Source: a virus (taxonomy: Duplodnaviria; Caudoviricetes). Taken from it: a stretch of 60,252 bases of DNA. The first letter of the stretch is position 1; each line of letters begins with the position of its first letter. Of this stretch, positions 54,972 to 60,252 are shown in pieces. The stretch covers positions 1-60,252 of the IMG/VR virus record IMGVR_UViG_3300028895_000917; one strand, 5' to 3'. The position numbers and the translations under genes are program-made. The notes under the pieces are model-generated. The model worked only from the letters and a program-made list of their open reading frames with translations. It ran no database searches and was not told the origin of the DNA.

Positions 54972-57464
54972 ATGAGCCACAAGTACCGAGTCGAGAAGAT
55001 CAGCGACAACCACTACATCCTGCCGGCCATCAAGGACATGAAGTGCCGCGTGGATGCGTTCTTGTCGACCGAGCTCTACGAGCAGACCGACGAGGCGCTG
55101 TGGCAGCAGGCCGTGGACTCAGCATCGTACGATGGGGCGATCGGCATGTACCTCATGCCCGACACGCACCTCGGCTACAGTATCCCCGTGGGCGGCGTCC
55201 TCGTGACCGAGGGCACCATCGTGCAGTCGGGCTCAGGCTACGACATCTCGTGCTTCACCAAGGACACCAAAGTGTCCTTGGTTGACGGCCGTGAGCTTTC
55301 GTTCTCTGAACTCGTCGAACAGTACGGGGACGGTGGTGAATTCTACGTGTACTCGATGACTCCGGAAGGCCGCGTTACGGCGGGCAAAGCTCACAGCCCC
55401 CGGAAAACCAGGGAAAACGTTCTTTTGGTCGAGGTGCTCCTTGACAACGGAGAGGCGATCCGGTGCACCCCGGACCACCAATTCATGCTGCGAGACGGAA
55501 GCTACCGAGAAGCGCAGGACCTGCGTCCCGAGGACTCCCTCATGCCGCTCTACCGGACCTACTCGAAGGGCTACTGCGATGTGCAGCATCCCGTGGATAA
55601 CTCACAGGAACGGATGTACCGTGTCGCTTTTCGCGAACTTCACGGATATGTCCCGGAGTGGCCGAGGGTTGTACACCACGACCTTTTCGCCGAGGACAAC
55701 CCGAACCCGGACAAGACCAACGATGATCCGCGCTTCCTCGTTGAGATGGACCAGAATGACCACTGGCGCCTCCACTCTGAAACGGCGCGGACACGTCTCG
55801 ACCGTGGAGAAATCTGGGGAGCCAAGGCTCACAAGCTCTATCCTGAGATGTACTCAAAAATGGGGTCAGAGAACATGCGTCGCCTCCATGCTGATCCTGA
55901 ATTTTGCAAACGACGGGACGCACGGATGAGCGAAACAAACCGCCGGGTCCGGGCCCGAGGAGGCTACGCTGAGAACGACGCCAAAGCGGGAGAGCGCGGG
56001 CGGCAACACTTGATTGCTTACAACCAGAGCGAAAAAGGACGTAAGCAATCTCGTGAGAACGGTTTACGCAATCGAGGCCGTGTGCACACCGAGACCACAC
56101 GCCAGAAACTCCGTGAGGCTCACGCTAAGGCTCGGCAGGAAATTCTGGAGTGCCCGCACTGCGGGCGTCCCTGCCAGGGAAAAGGAGGTCTCAGTCGTCA
56201 CATCCACTACAAACACAACAACCACAAGGTGGTGTCGGTCACCCCTCTCCCAGAGAAGGATGACGTCTACTGCCTGACCGTGGACAAGTACCACAACTTT
56301 GCCTTGTCGGCCGGGGTGTTCGTCCACAACTGCGGAGTTGTGTATTTGAAAGTGCCCAACATCACGGCGGCCGACGTGGCCGACTGGGACAAGCGCAAGG
56401 CGTGGGTCGATGAGGTGGAGAAGCGTGTGGCGACGGGCCTCGGCAACGATCGTCCGGCGCTGGCCAAGCGCATCAAGTACAAGCAGGTCGATGAGGTGCT
56501 CCGGTACGGCGCCAAGGCGCTGGGAGTGTCGGCCGACTTGTGCGAGCGCCAGTACATCGAGATTCCCGAGGACCTCGATCTGACGAAGATCGAGCGGGCG
56601 CACAAGAAGTGCGTCCACCAGCTCGGGTCGGTGGGTGGTGGCAACCACTTCATCGAGATGCAGGTGGACAAGGACGATGGCTCCGTGTGGGTCATGGTCC
56701 ACTGCGGATCTCGAGGCTACGGTTGGCAGACCGCGAACCACTTCTTCCACGAGGGAGCCAAGCTTCGTGGTCTGCCGAAGAACCGGCGCGAGCAGTCGCA
56801 CCTGTACGCCGACGAGCCCCTGGGCAAGGAGTACTGGGCCTACCACAACAGCGCGGCCAACTTCGCCGTGGCCAACCGGCACACCATCGTCGAGGGCGTG
56901 CAGGAGGCTTTGCGTGAGGTCTTCCAGGTCGAGGGCGAGGTCTTCTACGAGATCTCCCACAACCTCGTGCAGGAGGAGACTTTGGTCCTTCCTGACGGGA
57001 CGACCAAGCGGGGCTTCGTGCACCGCAAGGGCGCGACTCGAGCGTTCCCTGGGGGTCACCCCGACCTCAAGGGGACGAAGTGGGAGAAGTCAGGGCACCC
57101 CTGTTGCATCCCCGGCTCGATGATCTCCGGCGCGGCGATCGTCTACCCCAAGGATGGGGCGTTCAACTCGGGCTGCTCCGTGAACCACGGTAGCGGTCGT
57201 GTGATGGGGCGTGGTCAGGCGAAGCGAGAGCTTCACGAGTACCACGACGACATCGACGAGGAGATGCGCACCATCGAGCGGACCTTCGGGCCTGATGAGG
57301 TGACGATCACCGGAATTGTCGGCAACACCGACCGTACTCCGCTCGATGAGTGTGGGCACGTGTACAAGGACCTCGACGCGGTCCTCAAGGTCCTCGAGGA
57401 CGAGGGCATCGCCGAGGTGGCGCACCGCCTATGGCCCGTTGCAAATATCAAAGGAACAGACTAG
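54972..57464 (+). CDS. rtcB: RtcB RNA ligase containing an intein
   Basis: MPDTHLGYSIPVG, GYDIS|CG, GSVGGGNHFIE, HCGSRG, HN, HRKGAT, PGSM, HGSGR, DE...YKD, IKG. Confidence 0.95.
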   Translation: MSHKYRVEKISDNHYILPAIKDMKCRVDAFLSTELYEQTDEALWQQAVDSASYDGAIGMYLMPDTHLGYSIPVGGVLVTEGTIVQSGSGYDISCFTKDTKVSLVDGRELSFSELVEQYGDGGEFYVYSMTPEGRVTAGKAHSPRKTRENVLLVEVLLDNGEAIRCTPDHQFMLRDGSYREAQDLRPEDSLMPLYRTYSKGYCDVQHPVDNSQERMYRVAFRELHGYVPEWPRVVHHDLFAEDNPNPDKTNDDPRFLVEMDQNDHWRLHSETARTRLDRGEIWGAKAHKLYPEMYSKMGSENMRRLHADPEFCKRRDARMSETNRRVRARGGYAENDAKAGERGRQHLIAYNQSEKGRKQSRENGLRNRGRVHTETTRQKLREAHAKARQEILECPHCGRPCQGKGGLSRHIHYKHNNHKVVSVTPLPEKDDVYCLTVDKYHNFALSAGVFVHNCGVVYLKVPNITAADVADWDKRKAWVDEVEKRVATGLGNDRPALAKRIKYKQVDEVLRYGAKALGVSADLCERQYIEIPEDLDLTKIERAHKKCVHQLGSVGGGNHFIEMQVDKDDGSVWVMVHCGSRGYGWQTANHFFHEGAKLRGLPKNRREQSHLYADEPLGKEYWAYHNSAANFAVANRHTIVEGVQEALREVFQVEGEVFYEISHNLVQEETLVLPDGTTKRGFVHRKGATRAFPGGHPDLKGTKWEKSGHPCCIPGSMISGAAIVYPKDGAFNSGCSVNHGSGRVMGRGQAKRELHEYHDDIDEEMRTIERTFGPDEVTITGIVGNTDRTPLDECGHVYKDLDAVLKVLEDEGIAEVAHRLWPVANIKGTD
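55251..56330 (+). mobile_element. intein with HNH-like endonuclease, NUMOD-like segment and C2H2 finger (360 aa)
   Basis: CFTKDT start, CTPDH block B, VYCLTV...HNFAL...VHN then extein Cys; VVHH...DKTND...H..LH; CPHC...H...H. Confidence 0.92.
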
Positions 57465-57473
57465 CTTGGAAGG

Positions 57474-58061
57474 GTGCCGACCTGCGCCAAGTGCCAACAG
57501 ACCAAAGACGAGGATGCTTTTCACCGCAATAAGGCGCGCCCCAACGGGCGTCACGCATACTGCAAAGTCTGTCGAGCAGCCCAGAATGAACAGAACGCAG
57601 ACAAGATGCGGGAGTACAACCAGCGTTACTACGAGGAGAACAAGGGCGACCTCGCGGAGCGTATGCGCGGCTACTACGAGGAGAACAAGGACGACCTTTT
57701 GGCCTACGGCAAAAACTACCGCAAACGGAGAGCCCAAAATGAGCCAGAGAAGGTCATTCTTGTGCGCACTCGAGCCCGAGCGAAGCGACTCGGTCTTGAA
57801 TTCGATTTGGAACTGGAAGACGTGTGCATCCCCGACGTGTGCCCCGTTCTCGGGATCCCCATCGTATGCGGAAAAACGGGACGCAAAGGTCCACGTCAAA
57901 ACAGTCCGAGCATCGACAGGCTCAATCCTGCCAAGGGCTATATCAAAGGGAACGTCCGAGTGGTCTCGAATCGGGCCAACACGCTCAAGAACAACGCTTC
58001 GTTGCAAGAACTAGAACTCGTGATGAAAGACCTACGCAAGCTGGCAAAGGGGACGGACTGA
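57474..58061 (+). mobile_element. free-standing HNH-type homing endonuclease
   Basis: CAKC...F...CKVC N-terminus; CPVLG...SPSIDR...KGY.KGNV.VVS.RAN.LK. Confidence 0.85.
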
Positions 58062-58412
58062 ATGAGGGTTCTGATCGTAGAAGACGAGGAGCACCTTCGG
58101 GAGGGGCTTCGGGCACTCATCGAAAAGATGGGGCACCAAGTCACCGTCGCCTCGGATGGGGAAGAAGGCTTAGCCGCCGTACAGGCGGTGGCCTTCGACC
58201 TCATCGTTTCAGACTTCAACATGCCGAGGAAGACCGGGCTCGAGCTCCACGCCGCCCTGGACTCTCGGATGCAGGAGCGCTTCATGCTCTACACGGCGGA
58301 CCTGGATGCCCTTCGTGATGCTCCTGCGGGCGTTCACAGGCTTCCCAAGTGGTCCTCGGTGTCTGAGCTCCGGGCCACGCTCCAAACGCTCCTGGAGGGC
58401 TGTGATGGCTGA
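58062..58412 (+). CDS. single-domain response regulator (CheY-like receiver)
   Basis: VLIVEDE, DLIVSDFNMP..TG, YTA, late K. Confidence 0.88.
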   Translation: MRVLIVEDEEHLREGLRALIEKMGHQVTVASDGEEGLAAVQAVAFDLIVSDFNMPRKTGLELHAALDSRMQERFMLYTADLDALRDAPAGVHRLPKWSSVSELRATLQTLLEGCDG

Positions 58413-58534
58413 AGACTACGAGAGGACGGCGAGAAATTCCCGGATGACCCGGAAAAGTTCTGGGGCAACAACTACTACCGGATCTATCAGGAGCGCGACC
58501 TAGGCTCCTGGGAGTATCAACAGAGAAGGAAGTG

Positions 58535-58750
58535 ATGAAGGAAGTGATGTCGGCGAAACCCAAGGCACGCCATGTTCAGAAGTCCGCTCGTGAGCAAGGG
58601 CTCCAGGACAGCTACATGACGATCCGCCACCTCGTGCTCCAACACTGGGAAGAGATCAACGAGTACAAGCACACGCATGAAGACGTGACGTGGGGCGAGG
58701 CTGCGGACGCGATCATCCTCCCGCTTCTGCGGAAGAAGGACGATACGTGA
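58535..58750 (+). CDS. hypothetical protein
   Basis: Short ORF; start uncertain. Confidence 0.5.
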   Translation: MKEVMSAKPKARHVQKSAREQGLQDSYMTIRHLVLQHWEEINEYKHTHEDVTWGEAADAIILPLLRKKDDT

Positions 58751-59280
58751 CCTCCCTTCCTCGCAATTACATCCGGTTGCCGGACGGGACGATCGAGCCC
58801 TGCGATGACGAACGTCGCTTCATCCAGTGGTACAACGAAGTCAAGAACCGTCGGATTCTCCGGACGGCGGTGCCTTACGGCGACTTCAAGAAAGCCGTGA
58901 TTGTCGAGACGCGGTTTACGGGCCATGGCTCCATGGTTTCGGACGAGCCCGACTTCTTCGAGACTTTTGCTAAGTTCCCACACAAGAAGAGCACTCTGTC
59001 CAAACTGGACGCCACAGAAGCTCAAGCTCGAGAGACTCATCGGTGGATGGTGGCGGAAGTCGAAGAGGAGCTCGCCAAGAACCCCGCATATCGAGAGTTC
59101 TCTAAGGGCCTCGAGGAAGTGCTGACGAACCCTGGTGCGATGCCGGTACCCCGGCCTCGCCAAGCCGCTGCTCCGCACCTCCAGGCGCCCAAGGCGGACT
59201 GTCCGAAGTGTCACGGCAGCGGGAAGATTCACGGGGTCTTCGAGACGCTTCCTTGCGACTGCACCATCGTCACAACCTGA
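58747..59280 (+). CDS. protein with C-terminal Zn finger
   Basis: CPKCHGSG...CDC; GTGA overlap. Confidence 0.6.
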   Translation: MTSLPRNYIRLPDGTIEPCDDERRFIQWYNEVKNRRILRTAVPYGDFKKAVIVETRFTGHGSMVSDEPDFFETFAKFPHKKSTLSKLDATEAQARETHRWMVAEVEEELAKNPAYREFSKGLEEVLTNPGAMPVPRPRQAAAPHLQAPKADCPKCHGSGKIHGVFETLPCDCTIVTT

Positions 59281-59317
59281 ATGCGCGGTAAAATGGCTTT
59301 GAAGTCCCCTTGTACGG

Positions 59318-59989
59318 ATGAGCCTTGTCACCGAAGACGGCCAACAGACCCCCGACCTCAACGTCGATCTGGTGCGCCTTAGTCCCCGTGGGGAACCACT
59401 GTCACCATTTTTGGTGATGCTGTTCTATTCCAAGGGCGTCTTCTCGTGGTTGCACAAGAGAGGACGCCGCATGTGGTGGTCGCCTGAGCCCCGTTCGGTC
59501 CTCATCTTGTCCGAGCTCAAGGTCAGTCGTTCCCTCCGCAAAAAGCTCCGTAGTGGTCGTTTCCACGTCACTGCGGACACGCGCTTTGAAGAGGTCATGC
59601 GCCTGTGCAGGCTGACGCGGAAGGAGTCGTGGATCACCGACGAGCACATCGAAGTGTTCAGTAGGCTCCACGCTCTAGGCCATGCTCACAGCGTGGAGGT
59701 GTGGGAGGGGGATCAGTTGGTGGGGGGTCTGTACGGCGTCTGTATCGGCGAACTGTTCTGCGGATGTTCGATGTTCCACACAGCCCCAGACGCCTCCAAG
59801 ATCGCGCTGGTGAAGCTCGTGGAGCTCCTGGCGAGTTGGCGAATTCCGCTCCTAGACTGCCAGGTACACAACCCACACCTGCAACGCATGGGCGCTCGCG
59901 TCATCCCTCGAGACACCTTCCATCGCCTTGCCGGGCACCTTGTGCGTCAAAAGCGCAGGGTTGGAAGCTGGTCCAAGTATTTCACGTAA
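59318..59989 (+). CDS. aat: leucyl/phenylalanyl-tRNA-protein transferase homologue
   Basis: WWSPEPR, SRSL, SWIT, LH.LGHAHSVEVW, LVGGLYGV, SMF, ASK.AL, LLDCQ. Confidence 0.92.
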   Translation: MSLVTEDGQQTPDLNVDLVRLSPRGEPLSPFLVMLFYSKGVFSWLHKRGRRMWWSPEPRSVLILSELKVSRSLRKKLRSGRFHVTADTRFEEVMRLCRLTRKESWITDEHIEVFSRLHALGHAHSVEVWEGDQLVGGLYGVCIGELFCGCSMFHTAPDASKIALVKLVELLASWRIPLLDCQVHNPHLQRMGARVIPRDTFHRLAGHLVRQKRRVGSWSKYFT

Positions 59990-60099
59990 CTGAGCGGCTC
60001 CTGATTTTCGCGTATAAGGAGCGACAGTGGCACAGGACCAGCCGCTGCTTGAGGGACAACCCCTCGTCGATCCTTTGGTCCGACACTCGGAGCTACAAC

Positions 60100-60252
60100 A
60101 TGACGACCAGTACCTCGGCCTCGACTTCTTCTCGTCGGGCCTCTTCCAAGAGCACCAAGGGTGCTTCCAAGAGCACCCTTGGTGCTTCCAAGAGCACCCT
60201 TGGTGCTTCCAAGAAGTTCACTGCGAAAGTCGAGCGTATCGGACCAAAGAAG
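60100..60252 (+). CDS. partial ORF running off the window end
   Basis: GGAG then MTTSTSASTSSRRASSKSTKGASKSTLGASK...; an alternative frame from GTG 60028 is also open. Confidence 0.4.
   Translation, partial: MTTSTSASTSSRRASSKSTKGASKSTLGASKSTLGASKKFTAKVERIGPKK
60143..60214. repeat. 21-bp tandem repeat, about 3.5 units
   Basis: CTTCCAAGAGCACC at 60143, 60164, 60185 and partial at 60206. Confidence 0.9.

Noticed and set aside
60143-60214. CRISPR array
   Set aside because: Units are contiguous with no unique spacers and no cas genes
1-60252. Alternative genetic code, or cellular chromosome origin
   Set aside because: Long genes translate cleanly with the standard code and use all three stops; no housekeeping operons, while unknown ORFs, fibres, endolysin and homing elements dominate. 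A prophage or plasmid-like state cannot be excluded from this window alone

Overview
GC-rich, gene-dense, mostly + strand segment that reads as part of a large (probably jumbo) bacteriophage genome; no integrase, capsid, terminase, rRNA, tRNA or CRISPR array was recognised. Host-like genes (GDGDGD/Cys-rich lipoproteins, a TPR-polyPro-membrane-hairpin protein, a CxxC-type flavodoxin) point by inference to a myxobacterial host, possibly Nannocystaceae. Contents: giant Gly-rich fibre/virion proteins (10-23 kb), a recombination-scarred variable region (23-31 kb) with a 161-bp direct repeat, lysis-type enzymes, a dTMP kinase-like gene, SNF2 helicase, metallophosphoesterase, RtcB, a stand-alone receiver domain and an L/F-tRNA-protein transferase with altered acceptor-pocket residues. 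Mobile elements: two inteins (flavodoxin, RtcB) and two free-standing homing endonucleases. Two recurring intergenic motifs look like two promoter classes: KARW-N4-CTAT-N13/15-NAG before virion/lysis-type genes (often leaderless) and TGTAAAW-N13-CGTR before host-like/non-structural genes. All product calls come from motif recognition by eye, not database searches.
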